A DNA stretch of 64,000 nucleotides, taken from Chloroflexota bacterium (lineage in GTDB: Bacteria; Chloroflexota; UBA11872; VXOZ01). The notes below the pieces were generated by a model, which worked only from the letters and a program-made list of their open reading frames with translations, had not been told where the DNA came from and did not search any database. This document shows, in pieces, positions 39,712-49,781 of the stretch. A program made the position numbers and the translations under genes. Position 1 is the stretch's first letter. The number at the start of each line of letters is the position of its first letter. The DNA lies in NCBI GenBank assembly GCA_964291655.2, contig OZ219801.1:576001-640000 (forward strand), in the 5' to 3' direction.

Positions 39712-40419
39712 TCATACTCGCAAAGGAGCGGCGGCAAGCGCCAGAACCATTGCCTGCCAAATGCCCAAGCCGTCGGAGCCTCCCAGTGCAGCCTCCGCGC
39801 AACGTTCCGGATGCGGCATGAGGGCAAGAACGTTCCCGGCTTCATTGCATATGCCAGCAATATTGTCCACGGACCCGTTCGGGTTTGCGTCCTGCGCAAC
39901 GTCGCCCTTCGCATCGCAATAGCGCAGCAATATCTGTCCGTTCTCACGCATGCGATTAAGCGTCTCCGGATCAACCACGTAGTTGCCGTCGCCGTGGGCA
40001 ATCGGCATGCGCAGCACCTGGCCGGGTTGATAGGTTGCCATGAACGGTGACTCCATACCTTGTACCTGCACGTTCACCCAGCCACAGTGGAATTCCATCG
40101 AGTTGTTCCTGAGCAGCGCGCCCGGTAGCAATCCCGCCTCGGTAAGAATCTGAAAGCCGTTGCAGATGCCCAGCACGAGCCCTCCGGCATTTGCAAAGGC
40201 GGTAACCGCGCGCATTACGGGAGAAAACCGCGCTATGGACCCCGAACGCAGGTAGTCCCCATAGGAGAAACCGCCCGGCAACACGAGCGCATCAAATCCG
40301 GCAAGGCTTGTCTCCTCATGCCATACAAGGTCTGCCTGCTGTTGGAGCACAGATCTTGCGACGTGTAGACAGTCGTTATCGCAATTGGAACCAGGGAACT
40401 GGACAATGCCAAACTTCAT
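39712..40419 (-). CDS. purQ: Phosphoribosylformylglycinamidine synthase subunit PurQ
   Basis: [24 protein letters not shown] and MPHPER. Confidence 0.98.
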   Translation of the reverse strand: MKFGIVQFPGSNCDNDCLHVARSVLQQQADLVWHEETSLAGFDALVLPGGFSYGDYLRSGSIARFSPVMRAVTAFANAGGLVLGICNGFQILTEAGLLPGALLRNNSMEFHCGWVNVQVQGMESPFMATYQPGQVLRMPIAHGDGNYVVDPETLNRMRENGQILLRYCDAKGDVAQDANPNGSVDNIAGICNEAGNVLALMPHPERCAEAALGGSDGLGIWQAMVLALAAAPLRV

Positions 40420-40667
40420 CGATCGGTCTCTAAGTCGAAGCGGTAACTTTCGATAACGGGATTCGCCAACAGTTGCTGGCACATTGCTTCTACCTCTGCG
40501 TGAGCCTTGGATGTGTCGTCCGTGCCCAGTTCAACTTCCAGGTACTTGCCCATCCGCACGGAATTCACATCCTCAAAGCCAAGGTGATGCAACGCTTCAC
40601 GGATGGTGTTTCCTTGCGGATCAAGAACCGTCGGTTTATAGGTAATGTAAATTCGCGCTTTGGTCAT
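40416..40667 (-). CDS. purS: Phosphoribosylformylglycinamidine synthase subunit PurS
   Basis: VLDPQG, VRMGK and LLANPVIE; overlaps the purQ start. Confidence 0.97.
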   Translation of the reverse strand: MTKARIYITYKPTVLDPQGNTIREALHHLGFEDVNSVRMGKYLEVELGTDDTSKAHAEVEAMCQQLLANPVIESYRFDLETDR

Positions 40668-40799
40668 TGCAAAGGAGACCTCGGCAAGATTCCGATCGAA
40701 CAAGACTTCTGAAACTCAAAGCCCTAACCAACCGCACAGCTATTTGCCCGGCGGCACGAGCCTTGCTTGCTTTCAGTCTACCGTACAGACCAGGACCAT

Positions 40800-41159
40800 C
40801 GCCACAACTGTAGCTACTCCGCCGCACCGGCCGCGACCGCTCCGATAACTGCATCTTCCTCTGTCGAGGCCGTCAGCATGAGAATCCGCGAGTCTGCCAG
40901 CAGTTTCACAGGGTCCCTGCAAGACTCAACGCTGCCTTACCGCGGCATCACAACGCCCATGACAACGATGTCCGGCCCCCAATCTTATGCGCGAGTTACT
41001 GCCGCTAAGCCATCTCCCGCTCGACCCACGACCGTAAATTTACCCAATCCCCCCCCAAATTTCTCTTAGGCTGTCCCTGACGATGGAGTGGTTGTCTACC
41101 AGCATCGTCTTGAACTTTCTGGCCGAATACACGTCGACTTCTGCTTCCAGATTATCCAT
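40800..41159 (-). pseudogene. Decayed NarL-type response regulator (receiver domain only)
   Basis: Manual translation: MLVDNHSIVRDSL...VVGRAGDG.AAV..A*DWGPDIVVMGVVMPR*G...SRILMLTAS.EEDAV..AV.AGAAE*. It has three in-frame stops, the phospho-acceptor Asp replaced by Gly, and no HTH. Its ATG overlaps the kinase 3' end. Confidence 0.8.
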
Positions 41160-42453
41160 ACGGAATCACGCAGGCTACCGTCGTGCCTTTTCCGTTACTG
41201 CCTGTATCCACGACGAGCGTGCCGCCCATTCGTTCTACATCCGCCTTCATGCTGTCAAAACCATGACCACGATCAAGGTAGTCGTCAGGGAGACCAATGC
41301 CGTCGTCCACGATAGAAAGTCGAATGCAATCGTCATCGAATTCCAGGCGGACCTCGACCTTCCCCGCATGGGCGTGCCGAAAAGCATTCGTGAGTGCGTT
41401 GTGTGCGATAGCAAAGAGCCCCGTCCGAATCTCTGCCGAGAGATTCGGCTCGATGCCGTGCTGAACCATCTCGGCTGGAACTGACGTTATGTCCCGAAAT
41501 GTCGAAGTGTGTGACCGTAGCACCCGCCCCAATTCCTTGCCCTCGAATATTCGACCTGCATCAATGGGGCGCCTCAACTCCCACATTGCGGACTTTGCGA
41601 GCGCGGATGTCGCCTGGAGCGAAGCGGTCAGCTCCTTGTTGGATTCACCAGCCAACTCCATGGCTGTGTCTATGCCCAATCCAATCATGTATGCCGCCTG
41701 CGCGGTCGTGTCGTGAATTGCTTGCGAATGCACAATGCGCTCCTGCTGTAGCACGTGTTCCCGCTCCATTACTTCCCATCTCCGCATTCGCTGGAATCTC
41801 GAGACTAAGTTGACAACCAGGACAACCGCAAACATGAATGCAATCCTGGCAAACAGGGTCTTGTCTTCTCTTGCTTCGAAATCAAGCCCTCCGCCGAAGG
41901 CTACGCTCACGGCCGTGTAGATGGTCGTCACCATAGTTACCCATACCACGTTCAGCGTGAACGAAGTAAATATGGCCGCAAAGTAGGCCAGCGCGGGGAA
42001 ATACATCAAATAGGGGTAGAAAGTGGTGAATCCACCGTCGACGGCGACAACTAACGTAACGAAGAGGATGTCAATCGTGCAGAAAGCGAAGATCCAATGC
42101 CACGTCAAAGTTCGCTGCGACCAAAGGTGATAGTGGATGTAGCCGTTGTAAGCCGTAAACAAAATCAATATCAGCAGGAACGTCAGGTACAACGCCTGCT
42201 CCATTGGTATTGGTCGCACTAGCAAGTATAAGCAGCAGACGGCACTTACGAACCACCGACCCCAGACGGCAACGGTCGCGGCATACCGCAGTTCCCCAGG
42301 ATCGGCCCAAATCGCTTGCCAAAACCGATCCTGCACGCCACATGTTTTGGACTTTAAGAACTCAGGGTCCCAATTTAACAATCTTGACAATTGGCGCCAC
42401 CTAGCAAAACGGGTATAGGAAATGACACGCACTCCGCCCTTTGGCGAGAACAC
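41152..42453 (-). CDS. Membrane sensor histidine kinase (HisKA_3/NarX-type)
   Basis: About 6 TM helices; ER...SQAIHDTTAQ H-box, ALTNAFRHA, DDGIG, GHGF.SM and G.GTTV. Start uncertain. Confidence 0.9.
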   Translation of the reverse strand: MFSPKGGVRVISYTRFARWRQLSRLLNWDPEFLKSKTCGVQDRFWQAIWADPGELRYAATVAVWGRWFVSAVCCLYLLVRPIPMEQALYLTFLLILILFTAYNGYIHYHLWSQRTLTWHWIFAFCTIDILFVTLVVAVDGGFTTFYPYLMYFPALAYFAAIFTSFTLNVVWVTMVTTIYTAVSVAFGGGLDFEAREDKTLFARIAFMFAVVLVVNLVSRFQRMRRWEVMEREHVLQQERIVHSQAIHDTTAQAAYMIGLGIDTAMELAGESNKELTASLQATSALAKSAMWELRRPIDAGRIFEGKELGRVLRSHTSTFRDITSVPAEMVQHGIEPNLSAEIRTGLFAIAHNALTNAFRHAHAGKVEVRLEFDDDCIRLSIVDDGIGLPDDYLDRGHGFDSMKADVERMGGTLVVDTGSNGKGTTVACVIPYG

Positions 42454-43046
42454 ACACGTGTCACGCTCGTCTGAAGCACGGCAAGCCTACGACCCTTTGG
42501 TAATTGATCGCAGTTCGTGCTGGTCGACACTGCAAGTAAACTACGTCCAATGCTCGCGGATTTCAAGATCAAGTCCCACCAAACTGAGGAGTCTATAAGT
42601 TTCTTCGGCACCAATGACTTTGGCCGAGAATCGAACAAGGAATCCTATCGCAGCTCTCCAAGGCTTTGTATCCTAAATTAAGGTAGAGGACCACCTAGGG
42701 CAAGAGTTGGATAGCGTGAGCTAAGAGTGTTGCCGCAGGTCTAAAATCGGCAACCGGCCTCCGTGCCAATCGGACTAATTCGACGGGCCTTCAACTCTGC
42801 TAATTCGAGCCTGGGCTAAAGGCTGCAAGCTCGAAATTGACCTTCACTGTATTCAGCATGACTCTCTCTCAATGTTAAAAAGTGTACAACAACCCAATCA
42901 CCGTGGGTACCAATACTACGCAAGGATTGGTCACCGATATGCCGGATCTCCAGGGACGTGCAATTCGCCAATCTATGCTGTCTGTGAAATTGAGGATTAG
43001 AGCGGTGGCAAAGATGGAGCTTGCCGCCTCCCAATAGTGAAGGACA

Positions 43047-43340
43047 ATGGGGCCTCACCCGATCACCCAAGAGTCGGTTTCCCTGAGTTGGGACGATCCG
43101 GCAGACAGCAGCGTCGCCGGCTACCAGATACCCCGCCGGGACAGGTCGTTACACGCGACCGGAGAATTCATTGAGCTGCGGGAGGACCCGGAGACCGCGG
43201 AAACATGCGACGTGGAATCCGAGGTGGAGGCGGGGAGGTGCTATGTGCACCGGGTAAAGTCACGGAATGCCAGCGGTCTCAACCCGCAAGGCAGTACTTT
43301 GGATGCCAATCTGCCGGCGGCGCCCAATGAGGTGCCTACT
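43047..43340 (+). pseudogene. Fibronectin type III domain remnant
   Basis: SVSLSWDDP.DSSV.GYQI.RR...Y.HRVKSRN.SG follows the FN3 pattern. Isolated, with no signal peptide and substitutions at conserved positions. Confidence 0.65.
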
Positions 43341-43391
43341 CCATGGTGGAGGTACAGGCGCCAAGATACAGCGAGGCAGCTCTATCAATGC

Positions 43392-43435
43392 GATAATGCC
43401 CTGACTTGGCGCATGCGCCAAGTCAGGGCATTATC
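43392..43435. terminator. Perfect 44-bp palindrome downstream of the UPF0182 gene
   Basis: gataatgccctgacttggcgca|tgcgccaagtcagggcattatc, with no spacer and no mismatch. Confidence 0.6.
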
Positions 43436-43470
43436 CTATCGTCATACTCTCTATTTAACCAGCCGGAGCA

Positions 43471-46353
43471 CTACTCTTCGATCTGATTCTCCAACTCATC
43501 GAGGAGTTGCTGATTCAGCTCAAGTTGCTGCTGGATTAGCTCATTTTGTCGCTTAAGCGCATCGAGCAGATCCTGAATTGAGGTGTCAGTCCCAGGTGTC
43601 GTGGTTGCCGGTGGCGTAAGCTGACTCGGCGATGGCGTTGCCCCTACCTGGGGTGTCACCTGTGGCTGTGCCGTCGGCTGTGCTGACGCAGTGGGCGTTG
43701 GCAGGATTACAGGCGCAGGCGTGGGCGAAGGCGCGGTAGTCGTGCTTGAACCGCTTTGAGCCCCACTGCTTCCCGACGCCGCGGCAGTTTCAGTGAAGAT
43801 TCCCTCTACCCCCTCACCGAACAACTGCTGCAGTCCCTGCAATACGGTTTCTGTCATCACGATGTTTGAACCGTTGGCAATAATCACCCGCTTGAGCTCA
43901 GGTAGCTGGCCCTGCTCGGATTGCAGGTAGATCGGCTCTACGTACAGATTCGATTGGCCAATGGGCACGACCAAGAGATTCCCACGAATTACGCGTGAAC
44001 CGCCCTGCCCCCAGAGAGTGAATTGCTGAGAGATCGTGGTGTCTTGATCGGCGCGGGCTTCAATCTGCATCGGGCCGAAAATGAGCTTGTCCTTGGGATA
44101 CTTGAACGCAAAGAGCGATCCATAGCCCTCCGGATCCGACCGTGCCGCCAGCCAGGCCACCATATTGTCCTTCTGGATTGGCGTATAGGGCATGATGAGG
44201 ATGAATTCTTCACGTGGGAATTCGGGAAGCCGCATGATCACATAGTAGGGCCGCACGGGCACCTGACCGCCGCCATAGAGTTCTCGCGGCCGCGAAAACG
44301 CATCTTCGCGATTGTAGAAGATGTCCGCTTTTCGCATGTGGTAGAGGGAGTACAGTTCTACCTGCACCTGGAAGAGAAACGCAGGGTAGCGAATATGCTG
44401 GAGAAGTGACGGAGGCATCTCGCTCAAAGGGTGGAAGAGGTCTGGAAATGCCTGCGAGTACGCCTGCAAAATCGGTTCATCTTCCTCCACGGCATACAGG
44501 CGCACGGTGCCGTCATATGCATTCACGGTGGCCTTCACGCTGTTACGGATATAGTTGAATGCGCCGGCCAATGGTTGTGAGTAAGGGTAACGGTCAGTGA
44601 ACGTATATGCGTCAACGATCCAAAAGAGCTGGCCGTCGGCGACAACGATATAGGGGTCCTGGTCGACGACGAGAAACGGCGCCACCGTTGCCACTCGCTC
44701 GCGCACGTGGCGGCGATAGAGAATTTGGCTCTCGGGTTCCAACTCGTCGGAGAGCAGGATGTTCACGTCTTTGAGGTACCAAGCATACAGTAACTTGCGA
44801 AGGTACGTACCGATGCCCACTCCCTTGCGCGACTGGTAGAACGATCGTGCGTTGTCCTCACCACTCGGATAATCAATCTCCGCAACTCGAGCATTGACGA
44901 TCACGTAGTCGAACGTCTTCTCACCGTAGTAGATTTCCGGTCGTTCAATGTCCATGATCCCGGTGGGCGGCACGTCCTTGAGGAAGAATGACGGCAACCC
45001 CTCGGGCGAGACCTCGTTGACGGGACTCATCACAACGCCGTAGCCGTGGGTAAACTGCAGCCTGCGGTTGACCCAAGTTTGCGCCGAGCCCGGTAGCTTC
45101 TCCGGTGAGAGCTCCCGCGCGCCGACCATCACCTGGCGATACTCGCCATCGACGTAATAGCGATCCACGTCTGCGTCGAGAATATCGTAGTACAGGCGAA
45201 TGCTCTGCACCTGGTTATACGTTATCAGCAGAGGTTCGGGGTCCCATAGCCGGAAGTTGCGTACCGTCAGAGGATTACCCACCAACTCTTCTTGCGTTAC
45301 CGCGGGCTCGCCCGGGTGCTCCATCTCGACGATACGGTTGAGGCCGTAGGCCTCGCGCGTGAATTCAATGTTGTTCTCAATGTAGGGACGCTCACGTTCC
45401 AACTCATTCGGCTGCACCTCCAGGCGATGCGCCAAGCCTGGGTATGCCCACCCGCCCACAAACAGCACGAGCAACCACAATCCAATGCCACCAACCGGCA
45501 GCCACTGCTTATTGAATATGCCGCCAAGGACTAGTCCAATTGCGGCCACTACAGCCAGAACAATGAGCACTTGCTGCACGGGCTGCATGATGTTGGCGTC
45601 AATGTAGCTTGCGCCATAGGCGGCGCCCCGTGTAGAAAATTCCAGCGTGTGCAGACTGAGCCAATGGGCCCAACCCACCAGCAGCATCAGTACGAAACCC
45701 AGCACGGAAAGATGAACGCGAATGGGCGCTCCGGCAATGATGTTGCGGGGGATTTCACGCCTCTCACCCTCGTCGTCTTCCGGCGAGATCATGTATGGCA
45801 ACACAAGGCGGAATCCGTACGCAAAGACCGCGACTACCAGCACCATCAAAATCGCTCGGAAGAGCCAGCCTTGCACAAACTCCAAAAGCGGAAGCGTGAA
45901 GACAAAGAACGAGAGGTCTCTTTCGAAGAGCGGATCCGTGATGCCGAATTCAATGACGTTCTGAGCGCGGAGAACTGTATTCCATTGTCCGGAGGCCAGC
46001 AGGCCGAAGATTACGGAAGCAATCACACCGACTATTCCGGATATAATCCGTGACGCTTGCTCGGTCCGCTGCGCTGAATTCGAGAGGAAGTCTTCGCCCG
46101 TTCTGTACGCCTGCCGCGCAACAATCTTGCGGACCAGCGTCATGTTGCCAAAGTACAAGGAGCCAAAGACGACCAGCCCGGCGGCGAAAAGGCCTATTTG
46201 CAGTGTAATGATTCTGGAAAAGACATCGGTGCGCCCAAGGCTTTGATACCAGAGCCAATCAGCGATGATGTTCGGCACTACGAGCACAAGCGCGATGAGC
46301 ACGACGATGCTGACGAATACTGCACCAATCACGGTGTTGCGCTGCATGGACAT
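43471..46353 (-). CDS. UPF0182 family membrane protein
   Basis: DWLWY.SLG...F, DPLF..D.SFFVF.LP, YI..NI..TR.AYGL, RLWD, FTHGYG, NYIRNSVK and GNLL...YVEP.Y; Pro/Thr tail. Confidence 0.95.
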   Translation of the reverse strand: MSMQRNTVIGAVFVSIVVLIALVLVVPNIIADWLWYQSLGRTDVFSRIITLQIGLFAAGLVVFGSLYFGNMTLVRKIVARQAYRTGEDFLSNSAQRTEQASRIISGIVGVIASVIFGLLASGQWNTVLRAQNVIEFGITDPLFERDLSFFVFTLPLLEFVQGWLFRAILMVLVVAVFAYGFRLVLPYMISPEDDEGERREIPRNIIAGAPIRVHLSVLGFVLMLLVGWAHWLSLHTLEFSTRGAAYGASYIDANIMQPVQQVLIVLAVVAAIGLVLGGIFNKQWLPVGGIGLWLLVLFVGGWAYPGLAHRLEVQPNELERERPYIENNIEFTREAYGLNRIVEMEHPGEPAVTQEELVGNPLTVRNFRLWDPEPLLITYNQVQSIRLYYDILDADVDRYYVDGEYRQVMVGARELSPEKLPGSAQTWVNRRLQFTHGYGVVMSPVNEVSPEGLPSFFLKDVPPTGIMDIERPEIYYGEKTFDYVIVNARVAEIDYPSGEDNARSFYQSRKGVGIGTYLRKLLYAWYLKDVNILLSDELEPESQILYRRHVRERVATVAPFLVVDQDPYIVVADGQLFWIVDAYTFTDRYPYSQPLAGAFNYIRNSVKATVNAYDGTVRLYAVEEDEPILQAYSQAFPDLFHPLSEMPPSLLQHIRYPAFLFQVQVELYSLYHMRKADIFYNREDAFSRPRELYGGGQVPVRPYYVIMRLPEFPREEFILIMPYTPIQKDNMVAWLAARSDPEGYGSLFAFKYPKDKLIFGPMQIEARADQDTTISQQFTLWGQGGSRVIRGNLLVVPIGQSNLYVEPIYLQSEQGQLPELKRVIIANGSNIVMTETVLQGLQQLFGEGVEGIFTETAAASGSSGAQSGSSTTTAPSPTPAPVILPTPTASAQPTAQPQVTPQVGATPSPSQLTPPATTTPGTDTSIQDLLDALKRQNELIQQQLELNQQLLDELENQIEE

Positions 46354-46571
46354 CCTCTCAATTTACATCGTGCGTCGTTGATACGATGTTCCACTAAACG
46401 TGCGTAACGAGCGGAGAAAAAGAGCGCACTACCTCCATGCTACTCTCAGCACGCTGATAGTGCGCCGCTTTCGACAGAGTCGCGGTCTGCGACGAAGCCG
46501 TCGTCTTTGACGAAGCCGTCGTCAACAACGAAATCGCCACGAACCAAGCGTAATCAGCCTTTCCCGGTCTG

Positions 46572-48401
46572 TTATTGGGAATCAGGTTCCTTGTCCGTTT
46601 CCTCGCTTGATTCCGCTTGGCTATCGTTCGATACAACCGGGTTACCATTTGGTCCAGGCGAATCCGAGGGGCCATTACTCTCTTGGCCCAATGCCAGGCC
46701 GCCTGCATAACCGGTCAGAGCGGCGACACCGGCACCCACGGGCTCACGCTGGGATCGCTGCGCCTCAAGGATGTCCTTGACATCCTCACCGTGCAGTTCC
46801 AATTCCTCCAGGAGCCGCTCAGCAATGATATGCACCTCATCGGCATGCTCGGCCAGCAGTTGCTTTACTTCGCGGTACTGCTCATCGAGCAACGCCTCAA
46901 TGCGGCGCTTGGTATCCGGGTCAATGCCGCCCAAACCACTGGGCATGGCAAGGTACGAGTAAAAGCTGTTACCCATACCATAGAAGCCGAAGTACCCCAT
47001 CGCCAGGCGCGTGGCCTGTTGCAAGTCAGAGGTCACGCCGGTGAGGCCGGTTCCCAGGAACAACTCCTCCGCGGCGCGACTAGCGAGGGCAACCTTGATT
47101 TCCGATAGAATTTCTTCGCGGGTCTGCGTATAGCGCTCTTCGAGGGGCGTACTGGCAGCGAGACCCAGCGCACGGCCATAGCGAATGATCGTCACCTTAT
47201 AGAGCTTATTTTCAGGCTGCAATAAGGCCATCGATATGGCATGTCCGGTCTCATGGTACGCCAGTCGCCGCCGTTCTTTATTGCTCATGCTGCGGATAGG
47301 CTGGCGCAGGCCCCATTCATTCGTCTCTCGCGCTTGGCTGAAGTCCTGGTAGGAAATGTAGTCGCGACCTTCGAAGTGCGCCACGACCGCCGCTTCATTG
47401 ATCAGGTACTTGATGCTGACCGGCGTATAGCCCACCGTATCGGCAGCAATCTTGTCCAGGTCGATATTCGGGTCGTGACGTACCTTATCCACATAGTATT
47501 GGATAACGTCTTTCCGTCCATCGAAGTCAGGCGGGTCAATCGTAATCTTGCGGTCGAAACGTCCCGGTCGCAACAGTGCCTGGTCGAGCACTTCGGCAAT
47601 ATTCGTCGCGCCAATAGTGAGCACCACGGGTTGCACCATTCGCCCTCGACGCAGACCGAGGCGACGCAAAATCCGTGCCTTCCAACTCGTATCCACATTG
47701 GGAGGATCCATCTCAAGAAGCAGCGTATTGAGCATTCCCATCCCACCGCCGCCAAACATGCCGCCCATCATGCCCGCGCCTCCGCCCATTTGCGAGGTAC
47801 GCGCTGTGCCGACGGCATCGATCTCATCGATGAAGATAATGGCGGAACCATAGCGCCGCGCCAGCCGCCGCGCCTTTGCGTAAAGCATCGTAATACGCAG
47901 GTTGCCGACACCCATGAACATGTTCTGAAAACCGGGCGCAGACGCATAGGCAAAGGGCACGCCTGCTTCGGTGGCAATTGCTTGCGCTAAATACGTCTTA
48001 CCAGTACCTGGCGGTCCAATAAGCAGCAAGCCGCGTGAAACCTCGCCGCCCATACGCTTGAAGTCGCGTACACCACGCAGCAAGGTCACGATCCGCGCTG
48101 AAACTTCCAGCACTTGCTCGTTTCCGCGATAATCTTTGAAGGAGATCCCCGTCTCGCCCCCGGGCATGATCCAGTACACACGTCCGCGGCCGAGGAACCA
48201 GAATAGCGCCACGAATTGAATTAGTACAAAGAGAATTGCAAAGGCAAGCTGGAAGAGCGTGGCGAAGATGAGAAACATAATCTGCAGAACATTGCCTGCA
48301 CCGAAGGTGGCAACAGACCACCAAAAACCGATCGCAACCAGCACCCATAGCAGGATACCGCGCCAGTGTCGACCGATGAACCCCAGGACTCCCCCAATCA
48401 T
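46572..48401 (-). CDS. FtsH-like AAA+ ATPase / M41 zinc metalloprotease
   Basis: Two N-terminal TM helices; Walker A GPPGTGKT, Walker B IFIDEID, ATN..LD.ALLRPGRFD, HETGH and RAAEE. Confidence 0.92.
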   Translation of the reverse strand: MIGGVLGFIGRHWRGILLWVLVAIGFWWSVATFGAGNVLQIMFLIFATLFQLAFAILFVLIQFVALFWFLGRGRVYWIMPGGETGISFKDYRGNEQVLEVSARIVTLLRGVRDFKRMGGEVSRGLLLIGPPGTGKTYLAQAIATEAGVPFAYASAPGFQNMFMGVGNLRITMLYAKARRLARRYGSAIIFIDEIDAVGTARTSQMGGGAGMMGGMFGGGGMGMLNTLLLEMDPPNVDTSWKARILRRLGLRRGRMVQPVVLTIGATNIAEVLDQALLRPGRFDRKITIDPPDFDGRKDVIQYYVDKVRHDPNIDLDKIAADTVGYTPVSIKYLINEAAVVAHFEGRDYISYQDFSQARETNEWGLRQPIRSMSNKERRRLAYHETGHAISMALLQPENKLYKVTIIRYGRALGLAASTPLEERYTQTREEILSEIKVALASRAAEELFLGTGLTGVTSDLQQATRLAMGYFGFYGMGNSFYSYLAMPSGLGGIDPDTKRRIEALLDEQYREVKQLLAEHADEVHIIAERLLEELELHGEDVKDILEAQRSQREPVGAGVAALTGYAGGLALGQESNGPSDSPGPNGNPVVSNDSQAESSEETDKEPDSQ

Positions 48402-48868
48402 AGCTTCACCGTGCCTTCCAAACTAAAGGACGATAATTCACTGATACCGTACCACTCTGCTCTATTCGCAAGACTCCTGCGCTCCTACACCGTGCGAGCG
48501 ATCCCAGTAGCAACTGCTACCCATTATAGCATGCAGTATTATGGCGATTGTCACTAGGTTCTAGACAACCTTAAGAATTATATAAGAGTCTTCCGCTTAC
48601 GGTAAGGAATATTACATTGCCGGCTTGCGGGCGCCTCTGCTCCTGCGAGACCGTCTATTGGGGAGCAGCTCTCGCCATTCTGACGCCAAAGCTTGCACGG
48701 ACGGGATGCATTACGAGAACACAGTCGGGAATCCGGTAACCGATCTGCATTGCAATCAGGTCTTCGGGAGCCGATTCCTGCCATGCGCCGGCAGAGTAAC
48801 CACGTCTGGCTCGGAGCCGGGCCAATCGCCCAGGGCCTGAAGCAGTCCACCCAGAGAGAGAATAAACT

Positions 48869-49627
48869 ATGACAGTTGATAAAAGTGACATTCGCGCGGG
48901 ACTTCAAGAGCTTGGGATCATGTCCGGCGACCTGCTTCTCGTCCATAGCTCGCTGCGTAGCTTTGGTTACGTGCAAGGCGGCGCCAATACAGTTATCGAT
49001 GCGCTCCTGGAGACGGTTGGCGACAGCGGCACGATTCTTGCGCCTACGCTGACCTTCTCAGTCCTCAAGTCCTTGCCGCATCGCTTCTCAGTGAGAGAGT
49101 CGCCGTCATCGTCCGGTCTGATCACCGAGACGTTTCGCCAGCGCAATAACGCGCTGCGCAGCCGACATCCTGTCTCTTCAGCCGCCGCCATTGGACCCGA
49201 TGCGGCCTACCTGACTGCCGATCATCGCGATACTCCCTGTGGCCCGGATTCACCATACTTCCGCCTTTACGAGCTTGGCGGCAAGGTCGTTTTCTTTGGC
49301 GCGTCGCTCGGCTCGAATACGGTCTTTCACTGCGCTGAGGAGATCGCGCGTCCCGCTTACCTGGGCTTCGCAACGATTGAAGACGCAGTTGTAGTAGACG
49401 CAGACGGTCGCAGCCGCACCGTGACTGCCCGCCGCTACGACTGCTTCGATCGCGGGATTACTCGCCATCTTGGCAACATGGAGCCGGTGTTTCGCGAGCG
49501 CGGTCTTCTGAAGCGGACCGTAATCGGAGAGAGTCGTACATACCTCATCAATGCCCGCGAAAACGTCGAAGTGTCTTGTGAGACATTGAGGACGAACCCA
49601 GACTATATCCTCTCACCACGCTCCTAA
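48869..49627 (+). CDS. AAC(3) family N-acetyltransferase
   Basis: LG...GD.LLVHSSL..FG.V.GGA, APT, RS.HP..S.AA.G, SPY..L....GKV and T.FH.AE. Confidence 0.9.
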   Translation: MTVDKSDIRAGLQELGIMSGDLLLVHSSLRSFGYVQGGANTVIDALLETVGDSGTILAPTLTFSVLKSLPHRFSVRESPSSSGLITETFRQRNNALRSRHPVSSAAAIGPDAAYLTADHRDTPCGPDSPYFRLYELGGKVVFFGASLGSNTVFHCAEEIARPAYLGFATIEDAVVVDADGRSRTVTARRYDCFDRGITRHLGNMEPVFRERGLLKRTVIGESRTYLINARENVEVSCETLRTNPDYILSPRS

Positions 49628-49672
49628 CAACATCTTGCATGTTCAAGACTTTATGGAAACTACATAGTGTGC
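49625..49672 (+). promoter_or_regulatory. Tandem NrdR-box-like sites upstream of nrdR
   Basis: taaCaAcATcTtGcat (49625-49640) and aaaCtAcATagtGtgc (49657-49672) match the consensus acaCwAtATaTwGtgt; starts are 32 bp apart. Confidence 0.6.
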
Positions 49673-49781
49673 TATAGTGTTGACTGTCTTAGTGCTAGAG
49701 TGCTTTGGTGCTCGGCACGGTTGAGTTTGTTTGCTCGGACGTCCCGTTTGCACGGACGAGTCGTAAAAAGACGGCGGAGGT

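Noticed and set aside
40668-40800. ZTP or purine riboswitch upstream of purS
   Set aside because: Only fragmentary resemblance (gactg, gccgccgggc); the diagnostic pairing is missing and the region abuts the response regulator pseudogene.
46490-46525. Short duplication gacgaagccgtcgtc x2 between the FtsH-like and UPF0182 genes
   Set aside because: Only two 15-bp hairpin-like units; most simply a local slippage duplication with no supportable function.
48600-48860. Cobalamin riboswitch suggested by gggaatccggt
   Set aside because: The remaining conserved elements (aa.tcc, c.g.ccc..actgt, B12 box) are not found, and the downstream gene is unrelated.
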